The position numbers were made by a program, and so were the translations under genes. A stretch of DNA of 64,000 nt from Chlamydiota bacterium (GTDB lineage: Bacteria > Chlamydiota > Chlamydiia > Chlamydiales > SM23-39): positions 1 to 64,000 of the forward strand of contig JBCAXK010000002.1 in NCBI GenBank assembly GCA_038534095.1, in the 5' to 3' direction. Position 1 is the first letter of the stretch. The number at the start of each line of letters is the position of its first letter. The notes beneath the pieces are model-generated. The model was not told where the DNA came from. It did not search any database and worked only from the letters and a program-made list of their open reading frames with translations. Shown here in pieces: positions 1-10,100 of this stretch.

Positions 1-1222
1 CGACAATTTCATTCGCTTTGAGCATGAACTCTTCGACAAGTTGGTGAGTGATATCGTACTCTTCTTGTACAAGCTTGATGGGCTCTCCCTTCGGATCTAC
101 AAGGATTTTTGTATCGTTTAAAGAAAAATCAATGCTGCCCCGCTCTCTTCGTTGCTTTTTCAAGAGTTTTGCTAAGGTTACAAGGAGCTCCAAATCTTGT
201 TTGAAAGGACTCTTTTTTTCCCCTTGTAGGCACGCAAGTGCGTCGGGATAACTCCAACGTTTTTTACTACGGATTACGCTCCTTACAATCGTTTTTTCTT
301 GCAAAAGGCCCTCAGCATCAAAGCGCATAAGCACAGAAACGGCTAAACGGTAGACATTTGGTTTAAGACTACAAAGACCATTGGATAAGTTTTCTGGAAG
401 CATGGGTACGCATTTTCCAGGAAAATAGGTCGAATTAGCCCGTTTTTCTGCTTCTTGATCAAGAACTGTCCCCATCTGCACATAGTAGGCTGCGTCGGCA
501 ATGTGCACTCCTAAATGAAAGTGTTTCTGCTCATCTACATGAATCGAAAGGGCATCATCAAAATCTTTTGCCGTTTCTGGATCAATCGTCATGGCTCGAA
601 GTTGGGTGAGATCGACCCGTTTTTCCCGTTCCTGTTTTTTGATGGAAGAGCCCCAGTTTTCGGCTTCTTCTAAACAATTTTTAGGAAAAGTGTGGGAAAT
701 GCCCTGCTCATAACAGGCAAAGAGGGGATCAGACAGGGGCTCCTGAATAGAACCAATTGTTCGGGAGTAGGTCGCTTCCCAGGTATTTTTTTTTCGTTGA
801 ATGGCAACAAGGATACGGTCGCCAATCGCAAAAGGCTTCGCAGGCGTTTTCCCTGTTTTTGACATCAGTATGAAATGGTCCTGGTTGAGCGAGGGGAGGT
901 GTAGCTCATAGTGGGAGGCGTTGATGCCCATCACCAATGCTGGGAAAAGCGTTTTTTTTCTTTCAATCACCCTCAAGACTTTCCCTTCAGGCCCCTTAGG
1001 ACTAGAAGAGTTTGTGATCTCAAGTTCGACAATATCTTGATCAATGGCTGTAGAAAGAAATTGTTTGGGGATGAAAACATCCTGCTTTTGGGCAAACGAT
1101 TTTTCTAAGCGAACAAAGCCAAAGCCTCTGTGATGAACAAAGATTTGTCCTGTCGCTTGTCTATTTTTGGCCTGCGGGCTTTTCCGTTTCGGTTTTTTTC
1201 TTGTCGATTTTTTTCGTCTCAA
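1..1222 (-). CDS. rnr: Ribonuclease R (3' part runs off the window start)
   Basis: Not in the ORF track because there is no stop in the window. Manual translation from TTG at 1222 gives a cold-shock-domain start (GQIFVHHRGFGFV...DVFIP) and RNB motifs (TIDPETAKDFDDALS, HIADAAYY, HQLVEEFMLKANE). Confidence 0.93.
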   Translation of the reverse strand, partial: MRRKKSTRKKPKRKSPQAKNRQATGQIFVHHRGFGFVRLEKSFAQKQDVFIPKQFLSTAIDQDIVELEITNSSSPKGPEGKVLRVIERKKTLFPALVMGINASHYELHLPSLNQDHFILMSKTGKTPAKPFAIGDRILVAIQRKKNTWEATYSRTIGSIQEPLSDPLFACYEQGISHTFPKNCLEEAENWGSSIKKQEREKRVDLTQLRAMTIDPETAKDFDDALSIHVDEQKHFHLGVHIADAAYYVQMGTVLDQEAEKRANSTYFPGKCVPMLPENLSNGLCSLKPNVYRLAVSVLMRFDAEGLLQEKTIVRSVIRSKKRWSYPDALACLQGEKKSPFKQDLELLVTLAKLLKKQRRERGSIDFSLNDTKILVDPKGEPIKLVQEEYDITHQLVEEFMLKANEIV

Positions 1223-1470
1223 TGAGCGCTCTTCGTGCAAACAACCATGTAATCGATTATAACACACTTATTTTCCAAAGCAAACGATCGCCTAAATGAT
1301 CGGAGGTAAATCCACATATTGACACCTCTAATTCCTATCTGATATGGCCCTATCGGCGCCACTTCTAGCCCTTTTTGTAGTCTATTTTCAAGATGTCAAA
1401 AATTAGAAATGGCTGAAGGTTGGTCTCTCAAAGCATTGCGCGACTGCTTCACCGAAAGAAAAAATGTGAC

Positions 1471-1498
1471 TAGACTATTAAAAAATGATCAATATAAT
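1471..1498 (+). promoter_or_regulatory. Putative sigma66/sigma70-type promoter for the 1531 ORF
   Basis: TAGACT-N16-TATAAT, ending 32 nt upstream of the ATG at 1531. Confidence 0.5.
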
Positions 1499-1530
1499 AC
1501 TTAACATTTTATTTGGTATTAAAGTCTTCT

Positions 1531-2310
1531 ATGAGCCTTTCCATCCAACAAAATCCCACAGAGTTTCTTCAGCAATTTCATTGTCTTGTTCATCGTAGCG
1601 CTGTTGCTGAATTAAGTTTTTGGGGCCGTTTTACTGTCACCTTTCAAAATAGTGGTCATCAAGTCACCTACCCTTTTTCCGAGTTAGTGCGCCCTATGAT
1701 GTTTTTGGGAGTTTCTTTTATTGATCGCTTGCACTCCGCAGGATCATTGTCTGCTTTGGTCTCAAGGAAGAAGGCTTTAGAGATTTTATCGAGAATGCGC
1801 TTGCTCTATCTCGAACGGGAAAAACAACTCACTAGCGCGCAGATTTTTACAAGAATCATTTTAGCCTTCCATAAATTTTTTTCTTGGATTTTCGGACACT
1901 CTATCCCCGAGAGAATCGATTTTGTGGAGTCTCTGATGCTCTCATTTTCTCAAGAGCAATGTGAACAGATCAGCATCACAAAATACTTCCCTTCAAAACG
2001 TTTTGGTTATGACCGGTCAATTCAAGATGGGAAAACTACTCGTTATGTGATCAAGAAAGACTTTTTTTTCCGTATTGTACAGGGTGAGATAGACAATGCA
2101 AAGGAAATCGATAAGAGGGCCGGCGGGCCCCCTTCAGATACAAGTGATGGAGGTTCACGCTCCCCATTCTCTGAACCAGCCATCACTATGGGAACAGGTA
2201 GCCTTGGATCTGGGCAGTTTGCTGCAGGGTTCGATGTAAGTTCCCTTGATGGCTCCTCTGGAAGACACACAAAAAGTCTTTCCCAGCAGTCAATAGGGTC
2301 TCACACCTGA
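1531..2310 (+). CDS. Hypothetical protein, candidate secreted effector
   Basis: ~259-aa ORF (ATG 1531 preferred to TTG 1513) with its own promoter and a Ser/Gly-rich low-complexity C-terminus; no recognisable enzyme motif. Confidence 0.7.
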   Translation: MSLSIQQNPTEFLQQFHCLVHRSAVAELSFWGRFTVTFQNSGHQVTYPFSELVRPMMFLGVSFIDRLHSAGSLSALVSRKKALEILSRMRLLYLEREKQLTSAQIFTRIILAFHKFFSWIFGHSIPERIDFVESLMLSFSQEQCEQISITKYFPSKRFGYDRSIQDGKTTRYVIKKDFFFRIVQGEIDNAKEIDKRAGGPPSDTSDGGSRSPFSEPAITMGTGSLGSGQFAAGFDVSSLDGSSGRHTKSLSQQSIGSHT

Positions 2311-3164
2311 TGCAAGTTTTGCTGATGGAAGCAAGACAGAGCGTTTTTCAATAACATCACAACCGTCATCGGTCCTACTCCGCCAGGAACGGGAGTGATG
2401 AAAGAGGCTTTTTTCTTTGCCTCTAAGAAGTCCACATCGCCGATGAACTTGTTTTGTTTTTTACATGTAGAGATGCCTACGTCGATGATCACAGCACCTT
2501 CTTTGATCATGCTTCCTTGAATCAGATGGGGCTTCCCAGCAGCAACAATGAGAAGGTCGGCTTCCTTAGTGTGCGCTCTTAGATCGATAGTTTGACTATG
2601 CACCATCTTGAGGCTTGATGGCGCAAAATGTGTTTTTTGCATGAGCATCGCCGCTAGAGGTTTGCCTACAATATTGCTTCTTCCCACAATCAGAGCGTTC
2701 TTTTCTTGGTAGGAAATGGGAAGAGTTTCTAGAAGGGCGCAAATGCCTGCTGGCGTGCAGGGGCGTATCCCCTCTTTTTGTCCTAAAAGCGTTTTTCCCA
2801 TGTTGAGCGGGTGAAAGCCATCGACATCTTTTTGAGGATCGATACTTTCGATGATTTTTAAAGGGCAAATGTGGGGAGGAAGAGGCATTTGCACTAAAAT
2901 TGCGTGCGTATCTTTGTTGCTATTTTCGAGCGCAATTTCGTGGAGTAGATCCTTTTGTGAAAAAGTGGATCGAAACCTGCGTACGCAAGAGCGTACGCCG
3001 ACTCTGTGGCATGCTTTTCTTTTCATAGAGACATAGGTTGTCGAAGCAGGATCTTCTCCCACCAAAAAAACTGTGAGCCCAGGCGAGATGTTTTGTTGTT
3101 GGATCTTCTGCTTGATGGCCAGCTCTATGGAGGCCGCGATTTTCTTCCCCTCGATGAGCGTCAT
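2301..3164 (-). CDS. folD: Bifunctional methylenetetrahydrofolate dehydrogenase/cyclohydrolase
   Basis: Motifs GEDPASTTYV, KDVDGFHPLN, PCTPAG, GRSNIVGKP, TPVPGGVGPMTV. Confidence 0.97.
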   Translation of the reverse strand: MTLIEGKKIAASIELAIKQKIQQQNISPGLTVFLVGEDPASTTYVSMKRKACHRVGVRSCVRRFRSTFSQKDLLHEIALENSNKDTHAILVQMPLPPHICPLKIIESIDPQKDVDGFHPLNMGKTLLGQKEGIRPCTPAGICALLETLPISYQEKNALIVGRSNIVGKPLAAMLMQKTHFAPSSLKMVHSQTIDLRAHTKEADLLIVAAGKPHLIQGSMIKEGAVIIDVGISTCKKQNKFIGDVDFLEAKKKASFITPVPGGVGPMTVVMLLKNALSCFHQQNLHQV

Positions 3165-3166
3165 GA

Positions 3167-3976
3167 TTACTCTTCTAAAATCCTTTGTAACTCTTGATGA
3201 ACCTGCCCATTCGATACCAAAACGGGTTGATGCTCGTCAATATTTAGGGGCTTTCCTTGCCACGTGGACACTTTGCCTTCGGCTTCCTCAACGATTAAGA
3301 CACCGGCAGCAAGATCCCAGGGTTGTAACACGACTTCAAAAAAGGCATCAAACCGCCCGTCAGCTACGTAGGCTAGGTCGATCGAAGCAGCGCCCAGTCT
3401 TCTGATCGGAATACCATGCTGAAGAACGCGGCTGAGTTTTTCGATGCAGTGTAAAGGATCTTCGAGCAAATTGTAGGGAAACCCTGTCCCCACAATCGCG
3501 TCGTTTAGCTGATTTGTTTTGGTGACACGTAGCCTTTTCCCATTTAAAAAGGAGCCTTGCCCTTTTTCTGCAGTGAAAATTTCTTCTGTGATGGGCTGAT
3601 AGACGACGCCAAGAAGGATTTCTTCCTTCCATCTACATCCAATTGATACAGAAAAAACAGGGATGGTGTGGGCAAAATTGACCGTGCCATCGAGAGGGTC
3701 GATCACCCATTCAAACTTTGGGGTCGCTTCTGAAGCCGAAGAGCGTAGAGAACCTCTTTCCTCAGCCAGGAAGTGATCTTCTGGAAATTCTTTTTTGAGG
3801 GAAGAGATAATGAGCTCTTCTGATAAGTGATCATAGTCGGTGACAAGATTGTGCCTGCCCACTTTTTCTTGAATAGAAAAGGAGTGACCAAAGCCTCTTT
3901 TGAGCAGCGCACCTGCTTCCAATGCGACGCGCAAAGCTGCCGCAGATCTTTTCTTAATTTCTATCGGGTCAATCAT
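3167..3976 (-). CDS. suhB: Inositol monophosphatase family protein
   Basis: Motifs WVIDPLDGTVNF, RRLGAASIDLAYVADG, WDLAAG. Confidence 0.92.
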   Translation of the reverse strand: MIDPIEIKKRSAAALRVALEAGALLKRGFGHSFSIQEKVGRHNLVTDYDHLSEELIISSLKKEFPEDHFLAEERGSLRSSASEATPKFEWVIDPLDGTVNFAHTIPVFSVSIGCRWKEEILLGVVYQPITEEIFTAEKGQGSFLNGKRLRVTKTNQLNDAIVGTGFPYNLLEDPLHCIEKLSRVLQHGIPIRRLGAASIDLAYVADGRFDAFFEVVLQPWDLAAGVLIVEEAEGKVSTWQGKPLNIDEHQPVLVSNGQVHQELQRILEE

Positions 3977-4514
3977 AGAGAGTTCTCTTTTTAAGGGTTA
4001 ATGAGCGGAATAACAAGGAGCGCAAAGCGAGCAAGAAGGGCGCCAGCGAAAAACATAGAAAGGCAAAAGCTCCATCGATCAAGGCGCTAAGTATTGCTCC
4101 TAAAATGCCTTCAGAAAAAAGGGTGGTTTGTTTCCCGCTGATGACAAAAGAAATAAGGGGGAGCATGAGCGAAAACAGGAGCGAATAAAGGGAGACAAAG
4201 AGACTAAAGGACAAGGGAGAATCGTCGAAAAAGTGGTCCCGATAGCGGTAAGCCGTTGCTGATACAAGTAGGTGGGTGTAGGAAAAAACCCCTGAAAAAC
4301 TCCCAAAAACGAGATCATAGAAAAGGCCTATTAGAGAGGCGCTCCACATGCTTACAGCAAAAGAAGACTGCAAAATGGTGAAACCGATGTAAGGAAAAAA
4401 ATGGTGGAGAGGGAGCCATGGAAGCGCAATGGGAGAAAATAGAAAAACAGAAGCATTGAGAAAAAAAACAGACGTTTTTGCAGGTAAGGACTTGATGAAA
4501 AAGGAGGGGATCAA
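3969..4514 (-). CDS. Membrane protein, MreD-like
   Basis: 181 aa, about five hydrophobic segments, GLFYDL motif similar to the MreD GLLxD motif; no mreC adjacent. Confidence 0.55.
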   Translation of the reverse strand: MIPSFFIKSLPAKTSVFFLNASVFLFSPIALPWLPLHHFFPYIGFTILQSSFAVSMWSASLIGLFYDLVFGSFSGVFSYTHLLVSATAYRYRDHFFDDSPLSFSLFVSLYSLLFSLMLPLISFVISGKQTTLFSEGILGAILSALIDGAFAFLCFSLAPFLLALRSLLFRSLTLKKRTLYD

Positions 4515-5164
4515 TACGCACCTTTTGAAAACACGAGCACTTTGATCGTCTGTCCGATCAGTTTCATGTCAAAAAAGAATGAACGCCTATCGACATATTG
4601 CTCTTCTAATAAAACCCTTTCTTGCATCGAAAGGAGGCTTCTACCAGACACTTGCCAAATGCCTGTGATTCCAGGTTTGACCGATAGAATTTTTTTGGCT
4701 TTTTCTTTCACATATTCTTCGATTTCATGAAAAAACATGGGCCTTGGACCCACAACGCTCAAATCTCCCCAAAGCACGTTCCAAAACTGGGGGAGCTCGT
4801 CTAAAGAAGTTTTGCGTAAAAAGCGACCAAAGGGGGTGATTCTTGGATCATTTTTCAGTTTGCAAAACGCTTGCCACTCCTTTTTCCACGACTCGTTTTT
4901 TGCGAGCAGATCTTGTAGAAGGTTTTCTGCATTTTTTTCCATAGTACGAAACTTATAGAGATAAAATGGTTTACCTTTTTTTCCAATGCGAATTTGTTTG
5001 TGTATGATTGGACCCCGAGAGGTGGAGTACACCCCGATAGCAATCAACAAAAAGAGGGGAGAGCCAATGATCAGTAGTAGAAGGCTAAAGACGAGATCAA
5101 ACGCCCGTTTACTCTGATCCTTGAGCCAAGATGTTTGTAAAAAACAGCGATGTGTTCTAGCCAT
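4511..5164 (-). CDS. Priming phosphoglycosyl transferase (bacterial sugar transferase, WbaP/WcaJ/PglC C-terminal type)
   Basis: Motifs KRAFDL, YKFRTM, DPRITPFGRFLRKTSLDELPQFWNVL, VGPRP, KPGITGIWQVSGR. ATG 5164 lies just after the upstream stop. Confidence 0.93.
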   Translation of the reverse strand: MARTHRCFLQTSWLKDQSKRAFDLVFSLLLLIIGSPLFLLIAIGVYSTSRGPIIHKQIRIGKKGKPFYLYKFRTMEKNAENLLQDLLAKNESWKKEWQAFCKLKNDPRITPFGRFLRKTSLDELPQFWNVLWGDLSVVGPRPMFFHEIEEYVKEKAKKILSVKPGITGIWQVSGRSLLSMQERVLLEEQYVDRRSFFFDMKLIGQTIKVLVFSKGAY

Positions 5165-5165
5165 G

Positions 5166-5993
5166 CTAATACCTTCGGTGAAGAAGACGCGTTGCAAACT
5201 CTTCTAAAGCGGTTGTTTCTAGCGAACATTGACGCAATTCTTCTAAAGCAAGATTGTACCAAAAGGTGGCTTTTTCTTCTGTTTTTGTGACGCCGTATAG
5301 GGAAATGCTAGTGGTTTTTCCGTTTTTTTCATCCGAACCTACTGGCTTGCCTAACGTTTTAGGAGAGCCCGTTTTGTCTAGAAGATCGTCGGTGATTTGG
5401 TAGCCAATGCCAAGAGCTCTTCCAAAACGGGATAAGTGCGTTTTGACTTTTGGGGAGGCTCTTGCGATTTCTGCCCCAAATTCTGCAGCAGCTTGTATTA
5501 AAGAGGCCGTTTTTTTTTCGTGCATGAAGAGCATCTCATCCTCTTGTAAAGAGCAGCCTGTTTTTTCAAGGTCAAAAAACTGCCCTGCAATCATCCCCAA
5601 ACCTCCCGAGCGTTTAGCAAGAATTTGCGTCAGTGCCACTTTTGTTTCTGCGGGCAGGGGGCTTTGGGCGAGGGTGTCAAAACTGAGCGTTAAAAAGAAG
5701 TCTCCTAACAGGAGCGCCGTGGCTTCGTCAAATTGTTTATGAATGGTCATCCGGCCCCTTCTATAGTCATCATCGTCCATGCAGGGGAGATCATCATGGA
5801 CGCAAGAATAGAGATGGATGAGCTCAATAGCCAGAGCGGGGCTCATGAGCGCGTTTTCATCGAGGGAAAAGAGCTGCCCAGAGAGTATGACGAGTTGCGC
5901 TCGCATCCGTTTGCCCCTCCCTTCGATGCAGTAAAGGGCCGCTTCTTTGAACTTTCCTAGCGCAAGATGATCCGACAAAGATCGCTCGACCAA
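5166..5993 (-). CDS. ispA: Polyprenyl synthetase, farnesyl-diphosphate synthase type
   Basis: GKRMR, first Asp-rich motif YSCVHDDLPCMDDDDYRRG, GQFFD, KT, second motif YQITDDLLD. Start uncertain (TTG 5993 follows the ugd stop). Confidence 0.88.
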   Translation of the reverse strand: MVERSLSDHLALGKFKEAALYCIEGRGKRMRAQLVILSGQLFSLDENALMSPALAIELIHLYSCVHDDLPCMDDDDYRRGRMTIHKQFDEATALLLGDFFLTLSFDTLAQSPLPAETKVALTQILAKRSGGLGMIAGQFFDLEKTGCSLQEDEMLFMHEKKTASLIQAAAEFGAEIARASPKVKTHLSRFGRALGIGYQITDDLLDKTGSPKTLGKPVGSDEKNGKTTSISLYGVTKTEEKATFWYNLALEELRQCSLETTALEEFATRLLHRRY

Positions 5994-5994
5994 C

Positions 5995-7359
5995 TCAATC
6001 AATCTGGTTTGTAGACGTTCCAATACCAATGTAGATAAATCCTTGACGCGTAAGTTCTTGTTGATTGTACTGATTTCTTCCATCGAGCAGTAAAATCGGA
6101 TCTTTTTTCCGGGGGATTTTTGAGAAGTCGATCGACCGGAACTCTTTCCATTCGGTCACTAAACAGATTGCATCGACGTTTTTTGCCGCTTCCAAAGCAT
6201 TTTTACAAAAAGTGATGTTGTTTGTACTCGGCAGTTGCCTTTGGATATTTTGCATGGCTGCAGGATCAAAGACTTGTAAGCGGGCTCCTTTTTTTTGCAG
6301 CTCTTCAATGATTGTGAGTGAGGGAGCTTCCCGAATATCGTCGGTATCGGGCTTGAAAGAAAGTCCCCAAAGGGCCACCACTTTTTCTTCCAGGCCTCCT
6401 TGCGCAGCAAAGTAACGCTCCAAAATCTGGGCGGTCCGTTTCTTCTGACGTTCATTGATGCTTTGCGTAGCGCGCAACATGGGAACAGAGATATTCTCTG
6501 TTTTTGCCATATGCATAAGAGCCGATAAATCTTTTGGAAAACAAGAACCTCCAAAGCCGATGCCTGCGTACAAAAAATGGACGCCAATACGAGAATCGGA
6601 ACCAATGCCCTTCCGAATACTTCCAATGTCGGCTCCTAGAGCCTCTGCAATATCGGCCATTTCGTTCATAAAAGAGATTCTAGAGCTAAGCATCGCATTT
6701 GCGGCGTATTTAGTTAGCTCCGCAGAAGCGATATCCATCGCAATCAGCCGGTCGCGGCTGAGCATGAAGGGCGCGTAGACAAGGCGTAGGATCTCTTCAG
6801 CTTTTGGGTTTTCTACCCCAAGGATGATCCGATCAGGCTTCATGCAGTCGTAAACGGCAGATCCTTGCTTGAGAAATTCGGGATTGGATGCGATAGCAAA
6901 AGAGGCAGCTTGGTTACTTGCCTTTTCTATGAGCTTTTTTAGCGTGTTTGTCGTGCCAACAGGCGCGGTAGATTTGTTGACAACAAGAAGAGGAGTAGCT
7001 CCGCTCTTGTCTCTATTGGCGGCTCTTAAGTGTTCTCCAAGAGTGTTTGCCGCAGCAAAAAGATAGTCGGTGTTGCAAGATCCATCGGGATTTTCAGGGG
7101 TCGCTACGCAAAAAAATGCGATATCGATTTCGTCTAATGGGGGGTATTTCGAAAAAAATTGTATCCGTTCTTGCTGGGCGCATTCTACAACGATTTCTTG
7201 TAACCCGGGCTCATAGATCGGTAGTTCCAAGTTTTGTAAAGAAGCGATTTTTTGCTGATTGCAATCAAAGAAAAAGACGTGATGGCCCATTTTTGCAAAA
7301 GAGGCGCCAGTAACGAGGCCTACGTACCCGCACCCTATCATGAGAATGTTCATACGCAC
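5995..7359 (-). CDS. ugd: UDP-glucose 6-dehydrogenase
   Basis: Motifs GCGYVG, NPEFLKQG, KYAANAML, GFGGSCFPKD, FKPDTDDIREAP. Confidence 0.95.
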   Translation of the reverse strand: MRMNILMIGCGYVGLVTGASFAKMGHHVFFFDCNQQKIASLQNLELPIYEPGLQEIVVECAQQERIQFFSKYPPLDEIDIAFFCVATPENPDGSCNTDYLFAAANTLGEHLRAANRDKSGATPLLVVNKSTAPVGTTNTLKKLIEKASNQAASFAIASNPEFLKQGSAVYDCMKPDRIILGVENPKAEEILRLVYAPFMLSRDRLIAMDIASAELTKYAANAMLSSRISFMNEMADIAEALGADIGSIRKGIGSDSRIGVHFLYAGIGFGGSCFPKDLSALMHMAKTENISVPMLRATQSINERQKKRTAQILERYFAAQGGLEEKVVALWGLSFKPDTDDIREAPSLTIIEELQKKGARLQVFDPAAMQNIQRQLPSTNNITFCKNALEAAKNVDAICLVTEWKEFRSIDFSKIPRKKDPILLLDGRNQYNQQELTRQGFIYIGIGTSTNQID

Positions 7360-7362
7360 ATC

Positions 7363-8010
7363 TTAACGAAGGAGGCCTTCATGAAGCAATCGTTTTTCCT
7401 GACATAGACTCGCAAGCGCGGGGTTATGCGTCGCTAAAACGAGCGTTTTTTTGAATTCTTTCACTCCCGCAAAGAGGAGCTGATGTGTTTTTTCCGAGTT
7501 GATTTGATCCAAACTACCTGTAGGCTCATCGGCAAATAGAATCTTTGGGTTATTGATGAGCGCTCTTGCAATGGCAGCTCGCTGTTTTTCTCCTCCAGAA
7601 AGGAGGCCCGCTTTTTCCTCTTTCTTATCGAGCAACTGAACAAAATCGAGGAGTTCTTCTGCCCGTTTTTTTGCCTCTGAGTAAGGGCAGTGCCTTGTGA
7701 TAAAAAACGGCATCAGAACATTTTCCAGCAGGGAAAAATCATCGAGCAGCTGATAGGATTGAAAGATAAAACCGATGAACTGACGACGAATGAGCAAGGG
7801 GCGTTTCTGTACGCTATTGCCTGCAATCGTTAAGGTGCCTTTGTCTGGGAAATCTAAGCCGGCAAGAATGTGTAAAAGGGTTGTTTTCCCTTCGCCAGAG
7901 CATCCAGTAATCGCTAAAGATTGCCCCTCTTCTAGGGACAAAGAGATCCCTTGTAAAACGGTGTTTTTCTTAAAAGATTTGTAGAGGTTTTTTGCTTCTA
8001 GTAGGCTCAC
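7363..8010 (-). CDS. lolD: Lipoprotein-releasing ABC transporter ATP-binding subunit
   Basis: Walker A GCSGEGKT, LSGGEKQRAAIARAL, ADEPTGSLD. GTG 8010 overlaps the permease stop (GTGA). Confidence 0.85.
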   Translation of the reverse strand: MSLLEAKNLYKSFKKNTVLQGISLSLEEGQSLAITGCSGEGKTTLLHILAGLDFPDKGTLTIAGNSVQKRPLLIRRQFIGFIFQSYQLLDDFSLLENVLMPFFITRHCPYSEAKKRAEELLDFVQLLDKKEEKAGLLSGGEKQRAAIARALINNPKILFADEPTGSLDQINSEKTHQLLFAGVKEFKKTLVLATHNPALASLCQEKRLLHEGLLR

Positions 8011-9881
8011 GACCGGATCGTTTTTGTAGGGTGAACGCGGCTTGCCATGTAGGCAGGAATGATGCCAGCGCATAGAGATAAAAAGGGCGTTACCATCAGC
8101 ATAAAAAAGAGCGCATCGTAACTTAAGCTGTTGGGTAGCGTTTTCCCAAAAAAGGCTTCTTGAAATGCGTCATGCCCCTGTAGCCAGCTTAAAAACTGCA
8201 CAAGTTTAGGGAGATTTTGCAAGGTCAAGATGGCAACAAAGCTCCCAAGAAGGCTGCCAACAGTTCCCAAGATCATCCCAATGCTCCCAAAAATGCACGC
8301 AATACTTTTCTTAGAGGCTCCTAGGGAACATAAGATCGCAATCTCCCGTTTTTTATCTTTCACCAGGATGATGAGCATAGAAATGATGTTTGAGCAGGCC
8401 ACCAAAATCATGATGGTCGCAATCAGCAAAAATAGAAGCCGGTCGCTTTGAAATTGAGCCATCAACTCTTTTGCAAACGGGTACTCGTGAAATGTTTCGA
8501 CCTGAAAGTAATTGCTTAGATAGGCTTTTTCTAAAGCCATCAGCGCACGTTTTTTTGCAAGAGGTAGATCGTCTAAAGAGGGCCAAAGAAAAAAGCCATT
8601 TTGCTTTTCTTGGAAATAGGGGAGCATTTGCGAGCTGCTCAGCAGAGTTTGCGTCACTTCTTGATGCGTGTAAATGCACCTGTTGCCGATGGGAATGATC
8701 CCAGGGTCATAAAATCCTACCACATGAAAAGGAATCTGCATCTCTTGGATAGAAGTAAAGGTGCTTGCCATGAAGGAGAACGAACCTGAGTGGCCCATAA
8801 GAGCGCCCGACTTTCTATAGCTCACAGGAAGGATCACGGCTTGCTGATCTCTTGGAGGCAGGTGCCATTTCCCGGCGGCAAAGTAGGCCCATAGGGGGAG
8901 AGGAGAAGGGAAGGTTTTGAAGCGGTTTTGGGCAGAAAAAACGGGAGATTTGATCTGATGGAGAAAGAGAGGAATGCGTACCGTTTTTTGGCCTAAAGGG
9001 ACTTTTGCCACAATTCGAGCTTCTCCCCCTTTTTTTATGGAAGGGAGAAAAGAGTGATCCAAGATCCAAGAGCGCGCTTGTCCATGTTCTAAAAAGAGGG
9101 GAACGGACTTTTCTACGGGGTAGCGCTGACCATGAAGAGTTAAAGTCGCTTTGTTTCCTTCGATTTTGAGGACGGCTTCTCCCGGTTTACTAGGATCTAT
9201 CGTCACCGTTTGCAGTTGGCCCTCGCGTAAGGTCGCTTCACAAGGAAAAGAGGCATCTTGCAAGTCTTGTATCTTTAGGGGGAGTCTAGCAGGCAACGTG
9301 CCTTTTTCTAGGCGGACATGGTGAAAAAACCGCGCAAAATCTTTCCCGCTTTTGAGCGTTCTTAACAGGTTCTTGAGGTCCTCTGACGAAGGGGGGATCA
9401 GTAGCTTGGATAACCTAGGGTTCTTTGTAGGGAAAGATAGTAGATAAGACATTTGCGAGAGCTGGCTAAATCGATCCCCTTGTGTGAGGCTGAGCCGCAT
9501 TAACGAGGGGGCCCACTCATACTCTTGATAAGGGAGGGGAGCGTCGTTTTGCAGGGTTTCTAGAGCGCTTAAAAGTTTTTTCGCTAGCGCATTTTCTTGT
9601 GGATTCTCGATTTCCTCTTGCAAAGTTGCGAAGGAAAATCGGGACTGGAACTCCCGACTTTTCTTGTAGTAGGCCTCGGTGGGATAAATGCGCAGAGGAG
9701 CGTGAACAGAAGTGAGCTTTTCAAGCCAGTTGCTTTCAATCCCTGAAATCACAGATAAAAAAACGACCGCTAGCCATACCACCGTGGAGATGACAAACAA
9801 AGACATGAAAGAAAGTAGAGTAGTGCTTAAATATCTTTTTTTAGGTAAAAGATATTTTAGGGCAATTTTTCTTTCAAACAA
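8007..9881 (-). CDS. LolC/E (FtsX-like) ABC permease with a large periplasmic domain
   Basis: N-terminal IALKYL plus TM segment; C-terminal NIISML...DKKREIAILCSLGA and three TM segments; adjacent to lolD. Confidence 0.85.
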   Translation of the reverse strand: MFERKIALKYLLPKKRYLSTTLLSFMSLFVISTVVWLAVVFLSVISGIESNWLEKLTSVHAPLRIYPTEAYYKKSREFQSRFSFATLQEEIENPQENALAKKLLSALETLQNDAPLPYQEYEWAPSLMRLSLTQGDRFSQLSQMSYLLSFPTKNPRLSKLLIPPSSEDLKNLLRTLKSGKDFARFFHHVRLEKGTLPARLPLKIQDLQDASFPCEATLREGQLQTVTIDPSKPGEAVLKIEGNKATLTLHGQRYPVEKSVPLFLEHGQARSWILDHSFLPSIKKGGEARIVAKVPLGQKTVRIPLFLHQIKSPVFSAQNRFKTFPSPLPLWAYFAAGKWHLPPRDQQAVILPVSYRKSGALMGHSGSFSFMASTFTSIQEMQIPFHVVGFYDPGIIPIGNRCIYTHQEVTQTLLSSSQMLPYFQEKQNGFFLWPSLDDLPLAKKRALMALEKAYLSNYFQVETFHEYPFAKELMAQFQSDRLLFLLIATIMILVACSNIISMLIILVKDKKREIAILCSLGASKKSIACIFGSIGMILGTVGSLLGSFVAILTLQNLPKLVQFLSWLQGHDAFQEAFFGKTLPNSLSYDALFFMLMVTPFLSLCAGIIPAYMASRVHPTKTIRS

Positions 9882-9890
9882 AGTAGTGGC

Positions 9891-10055
9891 TTATTTAGCT
9901 TCTTTGAAACGAACTTTTTTACGAAGAGTCTTATCAAACTTCATCAGTTCTAAACGTTCTGTTGTATTGCGCCGGTTTTTTTCTGTCCAGTAGCACTCAT
10001 CGCTCTCTGTACTTTTTAATTTAATAACTTCCCTAGCGCCTTTCTTCTTAGCCAT
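9891..10055 (-). CDS. rpmG: 50S ribosomal protein L33
   Basis: Below the ORF-track cutoff. Manual translation: MAKKKGAREVIKLKSTESDECYWTEKNRRNTTERLELMKFDKTLRKKVRFKEAK (form without zinc-binding CxxC motifs). Confidence 0.95.
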   Translation of the reverse strand: MAKKKGAREVIKLKSTESDECYWTEKNRRNTTERLELMKFDKTLRKKVRFKEAK

Positions 10056-10100
10056 GATTCTCCCAAGTAGTTTGTCAAGATTTTACGAAAAAAGCGGCAA

